A DNA stretch of 64,000 bases from positions 320,001-384,000 of the forward strand of contig CBDBHR010000028.1 in NCBI GenBank assembly GCA_965205865.1. Direction: 5' to 3'. The position numbers and the translations under genes were made by a program. Position 1 is the first letter of the stretch; every line of letters begins with the position of its first letter. Shown here piece by piece: positions 43,415 to 53,859 of the stretch. Below the pieces are notes generated by a model. The model had not been told where the DNA came from and ran no database searches. It saw nothing but the letters and a program-made list of their open reading frames with translations. The stretch comes from a bacterium. Lineage in GTDB: Bacteria > SAR324 > NAC60-12.

Positions 43415-44383
43415 ATGAATAACACCCAAGAAACACAATCAGCAGTCAGTGAGCCCAAGCGACGGGGCCGGTTTGCGGATTTCTTGATCAGACTGGCCAG
43501 GGAGAAGCCCCTGGGGACTGCCTGCGGGATGATCGTCTTGCTCTTGATTGTGGTGGCGATTTTTGCCGATGTTTTGGCTCCTTATCCCCATCGTGAAATA
43601 CACATGGCCGACCGGCTGACTGGCCCATCAGCCCGGTATCTCCTGGGGACCGACCACGTGGGGCGAGACTTCTTGAGCCGTATCCTCTATGGGGCTCGTC
43701 ATTCCTTAACGGTCGGTCTGGCCGCCACCACGCTCAATGTGGTGATCGCACTCCTCATCGGCGGCACTTCCGGATTCTTTGGGGGGAAAGTGGACCTGGC
43801 GGTGCAGCGCTTTGTCGATGCCTGGATTACTTTCCCGGGGCTGCTGCTCTTGTTAACCCTCATGTCCCTCGCGGGACGGGGTTTGATCCAGATCATCCTG
43901 GTCCTGGGGATATCCGGAGGCATCGGCGCCTCGAGAGTCATCAGAGGCGCCGTGATCGGTATTAAAGAGAATGATTACTTTCTGGCAGCCAGGGCCGTGG
44001 GCACCTCGACAAGCCAAATCCTGATCCGCCATGTCCTGCCCAATATTATACCGCCCCTCCTCATCATCTTTTCCATCAACATCGGCGGGGTCATCATTGC
44101 CGAGGCATCGCTGAGCTTTCTCGGATTCGGTCTGCCCCTCGACATTCCCAGCTGGGGAGGTCTGCTCAGCCGGGAAGGGCGCAGATACATGGAGCAGGCG
44201 CCCTGGCTGGCTCTCTGGCCGGGGCTGTGCCTGACGATTACCGTCTACAGCCTCAACATGTTCGGCGATGCTGTGAGAGACCTGCTCGATCCCCGGCTGA
44301 AGGGTGGGCAGGGAAGTTACAGCGCCGCAGGGAAACGCAAAAGAGGTCTCTTTGCCCGGCTGATCAACCCTTTCAAATGGTGA
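43415..44383 (+). CDS. ABC transporter permease (DppC/OppC-like)
   Basis: LGTD..GRD, RH.LPN and GD..RD.LDP motifs. Confidence 0.93.
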   Translation: MNNTQETQSAVSEPKRRGRFADFLIRLAREKPLGTACGMIVLLLIVVAIFADVLAPYPHREIHMADRLTGPSARYLLGTDHVGRDFLSRILYGARHSLTVGLAATTLNVVIALLIGGTSGFFGGKVDLAVQRFVDAWITFPGLLLLLTLMSLAGRGLIQIILVLGISGGIGASRVIRGAVIGIKENDYFLAARAVGTSTSQILIRHVLPNIIPPLLIIFSINIGGVIIAEASLSFLGFGLPLDIPSWGGLLSREGRRYMEQAPWLALWPGLCLTITVYSLNMFGDAVRDLLDPRLKGGQGSYSAAGKRKRGLFARLINPFKW

Positions 44384-44724
44384 GCGCACAAAACATGTCC
44401 ACGTGAAAACGGGGAGGAACCCGTCCCTTTTTCTTTCCTCCTACCCCGCTGATACGATGGACTTCATCTTTGACATCTTGCTGAATTCCAATCGATTTGA
44501 CTTGGCTATATTTGGAAAAGAAAGGTCTCGTAAAAACGGTTTCGCAAGTTGCTCAATCTCGAAGATGTCTGGGGCTACGAGGATAGTCGAGGACCGCTCC
44601 CCTGGCGTGAACGAGCCTCCGGAAAGACTTGATCCCGCATTTTTGAGGAACTGCTCACCTTCAATAGACAACAGTATCGCATTGTGAACGACCCTACCAC
44701 CAAAGACCATATGTATTTGAACTA

Positions 44725-44870
44725 TACTCTGAACGGGTTTAAATTTCACTTTTCAAAGACCTGTCATTCTGAGCTAAGGGGGCTGCCTAAGCAAGAATCT
44801 CATGGGAATCAAGAAGATCCTTCGGTTCCCTCAGGATGACAAAAAATGAAGAAAACATCCGTTCACAGTA
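44725..44870. mobile_element. ~146-bp MITE, copy 2 (inverted)
   Basis: Reverse complement of 13297-13443, with TA flanks. Confidence 0.8.
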
Positions 44871-44886
44871 TATGTTTCCGTCGAGG

Positions 44887-46557
44887 CATCCTAGTTAATC
44901 AGTGTTATTTATTTGAAAAGGATTATATTCTGGGTGATCTTTGAGAAACTGCATCCGATAGGAGATCGGCATGTTATTCCAGTAATTTTCAAAAGCCGGA
45001 GCCCAAAACAAGTTGCATACCGAATTGAGCATCACGACATGGGATTTTGCTCCTTGTATGGATTTGTATCGCACTTTATCCTCAGAAAAATGATGATCTT
45101 TTGTTCCAAAAGTACCGGTTTCAGTATCCCAGTGCAGTAAAACGCGGTTGATAATGTTCTCAACGTTCCAGTTTGCAGAGGGATAACTAGAGAGAAAGTA
45201 CTGAGTTTCGAGGTGTTGTGTCTCCAGATTGGTCTTGTCGATTACGAAAGCTTCTCTCACCCCGGGATAGCCAGAAAATTTGAGTCCTACTATTCTACAA
45301 AGACGACGAGAATGAATCGCCCCTCCTGCCAACCGTGCCTGTTCAAAATAGTGACCATCGGGATGTTTTTCTTTGGCAAAGGAGGTCCAATCCAGCAGAC
45401 GATCAAAGATCTCTCCAGCATTTTGTTTGATTCTAAAAATAAAAAAAGCCAACGACGGTCAGCCATTTGCAGAATTCACGAACACAAAATCCCGCATCCC
45501 CACTAACAAGAATATCACCCTGTTGAGGAAGGGGCGCTAAGGCATCGAGCACCGATAAAGCCGCTCCCCACTCTCCCTTACGATCGAGCTGAGTTTCTCT
45601 GGCTCCGATTATATGGCGATGCCGATTGCCATCGGAATCTAGCTGGGTCTGTGTTACATGAACAAAGCGTTCTTGGACTTCCATATTGTAGGAGGCTTTG
45701 ACGACCTTGCCATCCAATAACAAATCTATTCTCTCTTGCTTTTGAAGCGATTCGGTTGTGCCTGAAGCATTCGACTCCTTCGAGACAGAAGGTTCTGAAG
45801 GTTTGGATAAATTTTGCTTTGAGGCAAGGGGCTTGCTCTTGGATACCCCGGTTCGTTTTGCTGCTGCCGCACTCATTCCTTGAGCTTTTTCTTGGGCTTC
45901 TCGCTCTTGCTTGATCTGTTGCATACGAGTTTGATCCTTCTTTTGTTGCTCCTGACGAAATTCATCCAAAATGACTTGGGGATCTCGCAGTTTTCGTTGA
46001 ACTACCAGTTCAGGAACATAGCCCAAACGTTTCCACAGGGGAGCCAAAACCACGTTGGCCTCATCCCAATCGATGCGTCTGAGTAAAGCGTACACCGCTG
46101 GACGGGTCGGGAGAACTCCTAATTGACGAGTCACCTCCGGATCACGTTGACTTTGTTTTTTGGGAAAGAGAATACCGATATGCCGGGTCCCTGAAAGAAG
46201 ACCTGAAATAATACGATGAAGAATCAAAGACAACGGATAGATACTCAAGGACTCCTGGCGAGGATCTTTTACACCTTTGAGACAATTCCAGTAAATCTCT
46301 GATAGATCAGAAAATAACTCTGGCGCTAACGGAGAGGGAAGAATTTATTCAAAACTTCCATCTTCAAGGCTGGCTTTGTGGACCATCCGTAACTCACTGC
46401 GTTCACGGCGATGCAAGGAAACTGCTCCGCTTCCACCTCGACCTGGACGAATAAACATAGGCTGTTAAATGGACAATTGGTTAATCATGCTTTACAAAAA
46501 ACAAATATGCTGGCAAATGAGAAAGATGTCAAGCAAATGTAGTGATTAACTCGGATG
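44887..46557 (-). mobile_element. ISAs1-like element with a disrupted transposase
   Basis: IRs CATCCTAGTTAATCA / TGATTAACTCGGATG; DPR..YPL, DGK, GDA and HW..E motifs; an internal stop and a frameshift near 45440. Confidence 0.72.
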
Positions 46558-46702
46558 AGCAATATCGTGGGAGGACGTGAAAACGATTGATATTCCCCGG
46601 GAATCTTTTTTAATGATATTGAACTAAACGGGTTTTTCAGAGACCTGAATAGTTACATCGAAAGTACTAAAAGGATCGGATAAAACGTTCAACTTATTTT
46701 GT

Positions 46703-47415
46703 GTGTGCCCGGCATGGGCATGAACTTATGGGGTGTGAGTTCCCTGTACATTATCCGAAAAGTATACTAGTCAGCTTATGATTACAACTTTAAAAAGTAC
46801 TAGCCGAGGGCAAGTGCGGGGAGGTGACGAGCCGTGCGGAGGAAGCCTGAGCGCAAACCTACGAGTCGACGGACAGAAACAGCATATAAGGCTGAACTTC
46901 GGGGCGAGCAAGCACAACATTGCGATGTCCACTCGGATTAAGGAGGATGGTAAATGCTGCGATTGTGTAGGGAAAGTTCATGCTCTTACCCGGGGAGATC
47001 TGCTTTACATGCGGAATACCGGGGGAACCAAGAGACTAGAAGACCGTGGAAAACGGAACACTCTCCTCTTGGTTTCAATGGAATTCAGCGCCTTTGGTGG
47101 TAACATCGAAGGTGATGATGCAGAAGTCAGCCGAGGGTGAGAAAATCTCATTTATGAGATAGAAGGCCTGAGCGCAGTGTGGACAGGGAGGTATTTGTGA
47201 GTTCTGTTTCTCAATTATCCTCGAACCGAGGAGTTGGAAATGGGCACGTCGCAGAAGAACCGTCTGTCAATCTAAGATTCATTACCCCGCTTCGGTGCGG
47301 TAGACACTTGGTATCGTTTAGATACCTCTACCTGATAGTAGGCGAGGCGCCACTTACGGACCCGTATGAGTGGTGCTGTGGGAGGAAGGGGAGAAAACCC
47401 CCTTCCTATCCCGAT
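46703..47415 (+). ncRNA. ORF-less class IIC (attC-targeting) group II intron, copy 1
   Basis: TTGT|GTGTGCCCGGCATGGG start; short D5 with CGC triad (GGCGCCACTTACGGACCCGTATGAGTGGTGC); ends ATCCCGAT; excision restores GTTGGAT. Confidence 0.88.
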
Positions 47416-48293
47416 TGGATTGTGTTCAGTTCTTTTCGGTACGGGATGGAATCCGAAGCACCTGCCCTGGTTACACAGATTGAAGCAGCATGGCATCCAA
47501 GTGACAAAGCCTTGCTCGGATCATTGTTGTGCATGAGTTCAGCAAGAAAGTAGCCGATAAACGTGTCGCCGGCTGCGGTAGTATCAACGGCCTCCACCGG
47601 GAAGGCGGGTTGCCGATGATGGGTATCAGCATCGAAATACAAAACCCTTTCCTTCCCCAGGGTCAGAACAGTGACAGCGTTCGGAAATTGCCTGCACATT
47701 TCAATACGGACATCTTCTACCGTAGTCTTGCCCGTCATCCCCTCCGCTTCGGTCTCATTGAGAATAAAAATATCAACGGATTGCAGCGGATAATCGAGAA
47801 CAGCCGAGGTCATTGGAGCAGGATTAAATACAATTCGCAATCCATGCTGTTTGCCCATTAGAATTGCCTCCGCCACCGAACTGGTCTCGTTCTGAAGGAG
47901 GAGATAGTCATCTCGTGAGCAGGATGATAGCGCACGTGCGATGGTGGGTGGACTCACGGTGTGATTCGCTCCGCTATAGAGTAAGATAGCGTTCTCGCCG
48001 GTGGGAACCACCTGGATAATTGCATGCCCCATCGCGGTTTCTGCCACTTCCACATGTGTGATATCAACGCCCTCTTTTGCAAGGCGATCGAGTAGCCATT
48101 CGGCATCCTTGCCTACCATTCCTGTGTGCCGTGTTACCGCCCCTGCTCGAGCCAATGCGATTGATTGGTTGAATCCCTTGCCACCAGCAAAGATTTCATA
48201 CCGGGAGCTGGCAAGGGTCTCTCCCGGACGAACGAAGTGCTCGACCGCATATACATGATCAACGTTAATTGATCCGACATTCACTATCTGCAT
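47406..48293 (-). CDS. rbsK: Ribokinase (PfkB family), carried as an integron cassette
   Basis: GSINVD, GGKG.NQ, NETE and DTTAAGDTF motifs. Confidence 0.9.
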   Translation of the reverse strand: MQIVNVGSINVDHVYAVEHFVRPGETLASSRYEIFAGGKGFNQSIALARAGAVTRHTGMVGKDAEWLLDRLAKEGVDITHVEVAETAMGHAIIQVVPTGENAILLYSGANHTVSPPTIARALSSCSRDDYLLLQNETSSVAEAILMGKQHGLRIVFNPAPMTSAVLDYPLQSVDIFILNETEAEGMTGKTTVEDVRIEMCRQFPNAVTVLTLGKERVLYFDADTHHRQPAFPVEAVDTTAAGDTFIGYFLAELMHNNDPSKALSLGCHAASICVTRAGASDSIPYRKELNTIQSG

Positions 48294-48305
48294 CTTTTTC
48301 TTTCA

Positions 48306-48429
48306 ATCCAACGTTCAGCGTGAGAGCGGCAGACCAGAGATGAAGTTTAGCAAAAAAAGGAGGTCTCGATTTACCAAAGAAGTTGGAAAAAAGCACAGGT
48401 CTGCCGTTACTTCAACGCACTTGTTAGGC
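48306..48429 (-). repeat. attC site
   Basis: Minus strand GCCTAAC..GCGTTGAAGTAACGGCAGACC / GGTCTGCCGCTCTCACGC..GTTGGAT. Confidence 0.82.
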
Positions 48430-48701
48430 AGTCAAACGCTTGACATTTAGTATATTACGATGTTGCTCCGCTGCCATAAGTCATATTGCATTTGCTGGTT
48501 TAACCAGCTTTCGGAGGTTGAATCAAATGCGATTGACAATCGTACTGCCATTTCCGGACTAATTTTAGTTTGCCCATTAATGATAGTAGATAAAGTCTTA
48601 TGGCTGACACCTAATGCCTTAGCTGCTTCAGAAATACTCAACCCTAATGGTTCAAGGCATAATTCTTTAATAATTTCACCAGGATGAAGGGGATTGTGCA
48701 T
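48424..48701 (-). pseudogene. higA: HigA-family antitoxin, C-terminal frameshift, no higB
   Basis: HPGE.I, AA.ALGVS and WL..Q..YDLW motifs. An alternative frame [15 protein letters not shown] ends inside the attC GCCTAAC. Confidence 0.8.
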
Positions 48702-48753
48702 GGTGGTTTTGAAAATAGGCTTTCACAGAGAGACCGGACTCTTCAACCTTTTG

Positions 48754-49033
48754 AAAGAGTTTAAGAATGGCTGCTGGTCTTTCTTTTTCTTTTGTGATAG
48801 TTCTCAACGAAATCGCCTTTGGCTGAAGGTTTTATTTCAATTTTGCTAATATTTTAGCCGAAAGTCATGTAAAACCTCATTTCCTCCCCAGAGGATTTTT
48901 AGAAACGGTCAACGGGGAATTGAAAAGTGCCAAAAATGTTGACTGCTTTCTCTCAATATGAAAAAAATATTTTCGTTGATCATCAGAAGACATTCATGAA
49001 TGAATGAGTCGCCCTATTTAAAAATATCTTGAC
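48754..49033 (+). repeat. Dispersed non-coding upstream repeat, copy 1
   Basis: Homologous to 56973-57205; contains the palindrome CATTCATGAATG. Confidence 0.75.
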
Positions 49034-49159
49034 AACCATTTGTAGATCGAATATATATCTTAAATTCCAAAAACGGAAGAGCAATACGGACCCAAGAATC
49101 CGAGAACTCTAAGCCCAAGAGCGGCTAAACTCTTGGTTCATTTAAAAAGGAGAACCTTT

Positions 49160-50212
49160 ATGTCAGCAATACAGAAGGGCGGCACCGTCGCAGTCACGGG
49201 TGCCGCCGGATTTATCGGCAGCTGGGTAGTGCGGCGGCTGCTGGACAAGGGCTACCGCGTGCGTGCGTGCGTGCGCAACGCCGATGATGCAGCTCGCACC
49301 ACGTTCCTGCGGCAGATGTCCGGCTACGCGTCCGGGCGGCTTACCATCCACAGCGCCGACCTGGACCTGGCCGGCTGTTTCGACGAGGCCTTCGCCGGCT
49401 GTCATGGCGTGTGTCACGTGTCACATGTCAGCAAGTACAACGACATGGACTACGTGCAGATGGTGTGCGATCACACCATCGCCAGTATCGACAAGTCCGA
49501 GAGCGTCGGCCGGGTGATCGTCACCTCCAGCCTGGCCACCGTGCTGACCGAGGCGGATCCACAGGAGTGGGCGCGCCGGCCGGTGCTCTACGAAGACCGC
49601 TACCCCAACGAGCAGCATCCAGACTGGGGTCCGAAGCACCACGGCTACGCGATGAGTAAGCTCATCGCCGAGCGATCGTTCGCCCAGGCCGCGGTGCGCA
49701 GCGGCAGGTGGGAATCGATTGCCTGCCTGCCCTCCGACAACGTCGGGCCGATCCAGTCCGCGCATCAGAAGGACATGGGGCCGTGGCAGCACCGCATCGA
49801 GATGATGCTGCTGGGTGAGTACCCGCAGACCGAAGTGTATCGACCATGGATGCCGGTCGACGTGCGAGACGACGCCGACTGTCACATCGGCCTGCTCGAG
49901 AGCGTGCAGGTGCGCAGCGGCGAGCGCTACCTGGCCTGGGCGGCCGAAATGCGCAAGGTGGAAGCGATCGACCGTCGAATAGGCCAGCTGCTGCCCGAGA
50001 TCGGGCGGGCCGAAGCTTCGGTCGCCGATAGTCAATCTGCCGAGATCAAGGCGCAGGAGGTTGAGCTGCGGGCAATCTGGGCCGGCTGCGACCCGCGCAA
50101 CGACCGCATCCGCGCCGTTACCGGCGTTGAGTTCCGTCCGTTCGACGAGTCGCTGCGCGACTGCGTCGAGTCACTGCTTGCCGTCGCCAAGGTGCAGCCG
50201 CACGTGGCCTGA
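49160..50212 (+). CDS. NAD-dependent epimerase/dehydratase (dihydroflavonol-reductase-like SDR)
   Basis: TGAAGFIG and Y..SK motifs; AAGGAG RBS; visibly more GC-rich than its flanks. Confidence 0.9.
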   Translation: MSAIQKGGTVAVTGAAGFIGSWVVRRLLDKGYRVRACVRNADDAARTTFLRQMSGYASGRLTIHSADLDLAGCFDEAFAGCHGVCHVSHVSKYNDMDYVQMVCDHTIASIDKSESVGRVIVTSSLATVLTEADPQEWARRPVLYEDRYPNEQHPDWGPKHHGYAMSKLIAERSFAQAAVRSGRWESIACLPSDNVGPIQSAHQKDMGPWQHRIEMMLLGEYPQTEVYRPWMPVDVRDDADCHIGLLESVQVRSGERYLAWAAEMRKVEAIDRRIGQLLPEIGRAEASVADSQSAEIKAQEVELRAIWAGCDPRNDRIRAVTGVEFRPFDESLRDCVESLLAVAKVQPHVA

Positions 50213-50529
50213 CTCCTGACGTATTGCACACGGCGAGTGCCAGTGCGACCCAGCTGCGCCACGATGCGTTGCGGTTATATATCGCCAATGATAAATCGGG
50301 AGTGACCCGCTGGAGTGTTGGTGTCTGTCCTCAGCAAGATTCGCTATTGTGATTTTGCTAATAGGGCGTTTCCTGGCGTGTTCCCTCTGGCCCGTGTCAA
50401 GGATTTCCTTTTTCAGCCTTTGTTCGTTTTTGCTTTTCTGTCATGGTACCTTGCTATCTTAAGCTTCAGGAGCTTCGTTTTTAGCCAACTGTTGAAAAAA
50501 GGTGTATAGATTTGTATTTGAGTCAGAGT

Positions 50530-51162
50530 GCTAAACGTTACGCTCAGTTACCGCCATCTCTAGAAAAAATAAGAAACCAGACAAAATCTTGAACGAGACT
50601 TTTAGAGGCAAAGCGGCGTGATGGCGGTCAACTGAAGCATCTTGTGTGTGCCCGGCATGGGCATGAACTTATGGGGTGTGAGTCCCCTGTACATTATCCG
50701 AAAAGTATACTAGTCAGCTTATGATTACAACTTTAAAAAGTACTAGCCGAGGGCAAGTGCGGGGAGGTGACGAGCCGTGCGGAGGAAGCCTAAGCGCAAA
50801 CCTACGAGTCGACGGACAGAAACAGCATATAAGGCTGAACTTCGGGGCGAGCAAGCACAACATTGCGATGTCCACTCGGATTAAGGAGGATGGTAAATGC
50901 TGCGATTGTGTAGGGAAAGTTCATGCTCTTACCCGGGGAGATCTGATCGTGATGCGGTCGGAGATAGTGCTCTGTACCTGATGAAGCCGACCGGTGGAGA
51001 TGATTAAAATAGGTGCGTTGTGGGACGAATAAACGTACAGGTTTGTGGTTGCAAATCTGGTCCGGCTACGGCCCGACACTCTTTGGGAATCGCCCCGTAC
51101 GGACCCGTATGTGGGGTTGATGGGAGGGAGGGGAGAAAAACCCCTTCCGATCCCGATTAACT
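50530..51162 (-). repeat. attC site interrupted by a IIC intron
   Basis: After excision the minus strand reads AGTTAAC..GCTTCAGTTGACCGCCATC / GATGGCGGTAACTGAGC..GTTTAGC. Confidence 0.82.
50646..51157 (+). ncRNA. ORF-less class IIC group II intron, copy 2
   Basis: First ~300 nt nearly identical to 46703; different D5 (ATCGCCCCGTACGGACCCGTATGTGGGG); ends ATCCCGAT. Confidence 0.85.
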
Positions 51163-51609
51163 GCTTTTTTGATCAAATGCTAGTTTTCCTAATTCTTGAT
51201 ACAACTCAGCTAATTTATTCTCAGCTTGGTCATAAATTTCCTTTAGATTATCATGTTTTCTTAAAACAGGATGGCTTCCTAAAAATTGATAAATATAATC
51301 AACTGCTACTGAAGCACGATCCATTGCCTCAAAATAATGCCCATCATTAATTTCTGATTCTTCTTCATCTGGAACTAATATGATTGGTTCTTCTTTCTTT
51401 TCTTTTAGAATAGGTTTTCTAAAGGCATTCAGTTGATATCTAATATCTTCACGCAGTTCTTCTGGAGTAGCTCCAAATGGTGAGATAGGTGATTCTGTCC
51501 ATCCTTCAATATTACCTTGTTCATCATAGTAAACCTCATGGATCTGATATGCTTTTTCCTCAGATTCCAATATTTCTTTTTTGATGATTCTATAATTCCA
51601 GTGTGACAT
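51157..51609 (-). CDS. Hypothetical protein, integron cassette
   Basis: WNYRII...IHEVYYD motif; the cassette starts GTTAACT and its stop lies in AGTTAAC. Confidence 0.75.
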   Translation of the reverse strand: MSHWNYRIIKKEILESEEKAYQIHEVYYDEQGNIEGWTESPISPFGATPEELREDIRYQLNAFRKPILKEKKEEPIILVPDEEESEINDGHYFEAMDRASVAVDYIYQFLGSHPVLRKHDNLKEIYDQAENKLAELYQELGKLAFDQKSS

Positions 51610-51625
51610 TTTAGTTTTTCTTGGC

Positions 51626-51722
51626 AGTTAACGAATAGCATTTTATCAGTAATGGCCTGATCGCACAGCCGTTTATCCTTCTCTGGATGTCGGCGGCCAT
51701 TTCGGATAAAATGTGGTTGAAC
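51626..51722 (-). repeat. attC site
   Basis: Minus strand GTTCAAC..CATTTTATCCGAAATGGCC / GGCCATTACTGATAAAATG..GTTAACT. Confidence 0.78.
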
Positions 51723-51852
51723 TGAGCCGCGTTGACGGAGTTCAGCGGTGTTTTTTGCTATGGGTATTGTATAAGGGAGGCAGAGTAGGAAGGCAAGGAA
51801 AAAGGAATGGTCGTTGGCATGCCATCTCCTCGAAAAAGGGTTGTTCTAGCTA

Positions 51853-53686
51853 GACCCTAGCCGAAAAGGGTTTCGAAAATAGTAAATATAACCGATTGGA
51901 TTCTATTTGATTCTCTATTTGATTCAATATGACGAGAAAACGATTTATTTTTGTTTTTTATTCGCCCACAGCACAGTTTTTATAGGGAAAAAATCTTTTT
52001 TGGACATACTTTCCTCGCCCCTGCTCATATTTCACACTCCCCCATTGAATATTCAGGCCGCTTGTTTGAGTTGTCTTTTTTTCAACTCAATCATTTTGCA
52101 AAAATTATAGGTTAATGCTTTTTCCAGCAACTCTGCCCGAACGTTTTCAATCCCTCTGCGCATAACTTGTCCGAAATGGAAACGATGCTTAAGATGAAAC
52201 ATCAACGACTCTGCAGCAGATCTTCCATTTCGTGATTCCAAATAGATTTCACTTTCCCATTCTTCAATCGGGGTCATCTTTTTTCCCTTTGCCCCACTAA
52301 TACTAAAAACCTTAACGCCTTTGCCCATCCACTTTTCTCTGATCGCCTGATTGGCATATCCATCATCAAGGCTCACTTCAGAGGGAATGGTGATGGTGCA
52401 TCGCAAATGTTCAACAAGGGCAGGGTCGAGTTGCCCTGAATCAGCAGCATTGCCCTCCGGAGTAATTAACACGGAAATAAAACCATTTCCGCTCCTTCCT
52501 AATTGAGGCTTATATCCGATAAGCGCTTCTCGATCTCCCTTTTGAATATAAGCCGAACTCTGATCGGAAAGACTCAATACTTTCTCAGTAGAAGGAACCT
52601 TCTTTTCTTCAAAAACTCTTTGATGACAGTAGATGATTACCCGTTGCAAATTAGAAATATCTTCATTCATCATTTCAATGAGGCGAATCAAACGCGTTTT
52701 CCGAGAAGGGGGGAGAAGAGCTTTTTGGGCACGGATATCCACCTTTGCCATTTCTTTTAAAAATTTCCCATGAGCGCTTTGAGCTTTCTTCAATAGGGTT
52801 TTGTAATGTTTTTTTCGCTTCGTTTTACTGTCCTTTTTACCTGTCTCAAAAGCAATCATCTTAGAGAGCTTATTCATCTCCTTGATGAGGAAATCAAAAT
52901 TTCTTTCACTGATCTCAGCGATTCCAAATGTATCAAGGGAACGCCCTCGATGGTAGCTTCGCTCCACGAGACGAGTCAATATCGACGAATCAGTAGGCCA
53001 AGCTGTATTTCCTTTTACAGAGGTGCTATCCAGTTTTAAAATATCAAAATCGTCCAACTCTTCATTGAGAACCATTCGAATTTGAGCATCGAAAATAAAC
53101 TGTCTGGTCTCGTTGCTGACAGCATTGACATTATCAAGGATTGTACTCGCTCCCGGCATTTTCAATCCACGGTTGAGCAGAAGCAGATGCAGTGTGATTG
53201 ACTCTGAAAGAAATATTTGGGCCGTTTGGGATTTGATACTTCCTAAGTATCCCCGAATCATCATAAAAAGGTAGACTAAAAAAGCCGACATCCGAGGACA
53301 CCCTATTTCCAGCCTCAGTTCTTCCGGCTTCAATTCCTCATCTTCTACGGGAAGATGAGGAAGCCATGGATTCCGGGCTTCCTGCCATCGTTTATCCTCT
53401 AAACGCTCTTTCTTTTTATTTCTTGCGTATTTCTCCAAATCCTGTTCAATTTTGTCCAATATCTCCGGCTCTCGCTCAGACAATTGATCAAGTTCTGATA
53501 AGAAATTTTCAAATTCTGTATCAGGAGCGCTTAAAAAAAGATGTTTTTCTGCTCGAATGAATGGTTTCATTTTGGGTGCCATAATTCTTAATATTGAAGT
53601 TATTCACAGTTATTTCAATGAATTATGGCACTTTTTAACCTCAAGTTAAAGATATAATTCTAAAAAATACCTTTTCGGCTAGGATC
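51853..53686 (-). mobile_element. DDE IS (ISNCY/IS5-like), intact copy
   Basis: Same IRs, with a TAGCTA duplication. Confidence 0.92.
52053..53582 (-). CDS. DDE transposase (509 aa)
   Basis: Nearly identical to 17120-18649. Confidence 0.9.
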   Translation of the reverse strand: MAPKMKPFIRAEKHLFLSAPDTEFENFLSELDQLSEREPEILDKIEQDLEKYARNKKKERLEDKRWQEARNPWLPHLPVEDEELKPEELRLEIGCPRMSAFLVYLFMMIRGYLGSIKSQTAQIFLSESITLHLLLLNRGLKMPGASTILDNVNAVSNETRQFIFDAQIRMVLNEELDDFDILKLDSTSVKGNTAWPTDSSILTRLVERSYHRGRSLDTFGIAEISERNFDFLIKEMNKLSKMIAFETGKKDSKTKRKKHYKTLLKKAQSAHGKFLKEMAKVDIRAQKALLPPSRKTRLIRLIEMMNEDISNLQRVIIYCHQRVFEEKKVPSTEKVLSLSDQSSAYIQKGDREALIGYKPQLGRSGNGFISVLITPEGNAADSGQLDPALVEHLRCTITIPSEVSLDDGYANQAIREKWMGKGVKVFSISGAKGKKMTPIEEWESEIYLESRNGRSAAESLMFHLKHRFHFGQVMRRGIENVRAELLEKALTYNFCKMIELKKRQLKQAA

Positions 53687-53859
53687 TAGCTAAAATCTTC
53701 TTCATTTGATCTCTGTAAAGTGGGTTAGAAGTCTTCAAACGCTCTTGGCTCCAAGGAGGGTTCTCTTTTTGGACAAACTCCCCTTGTCTTTCCCTCAGGA
53801 GCGTGTTTTTTGACGATTTTTGCTCTAAAAGCCTCCAAGCATTTAGGAAGAATCGTTCC

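Noticed and set aside
44441-44749. 102-aa ORF starting MKFKPVQSI
   Set aside because: The start comes from the MITE (same peptide at 13419), and the remainder is an unidentifiable fragment.
46778-47140. ORF MITTLKSTSRGQ (also at 50721)
   Set aside because: Falls in IIC intron domain 1 and has no RT motifs.
50300-50450. Possible TetR N-terminal remnant on the minus strand
   Set aside because: Only a few residues across frameshifts; insufficient evidence.
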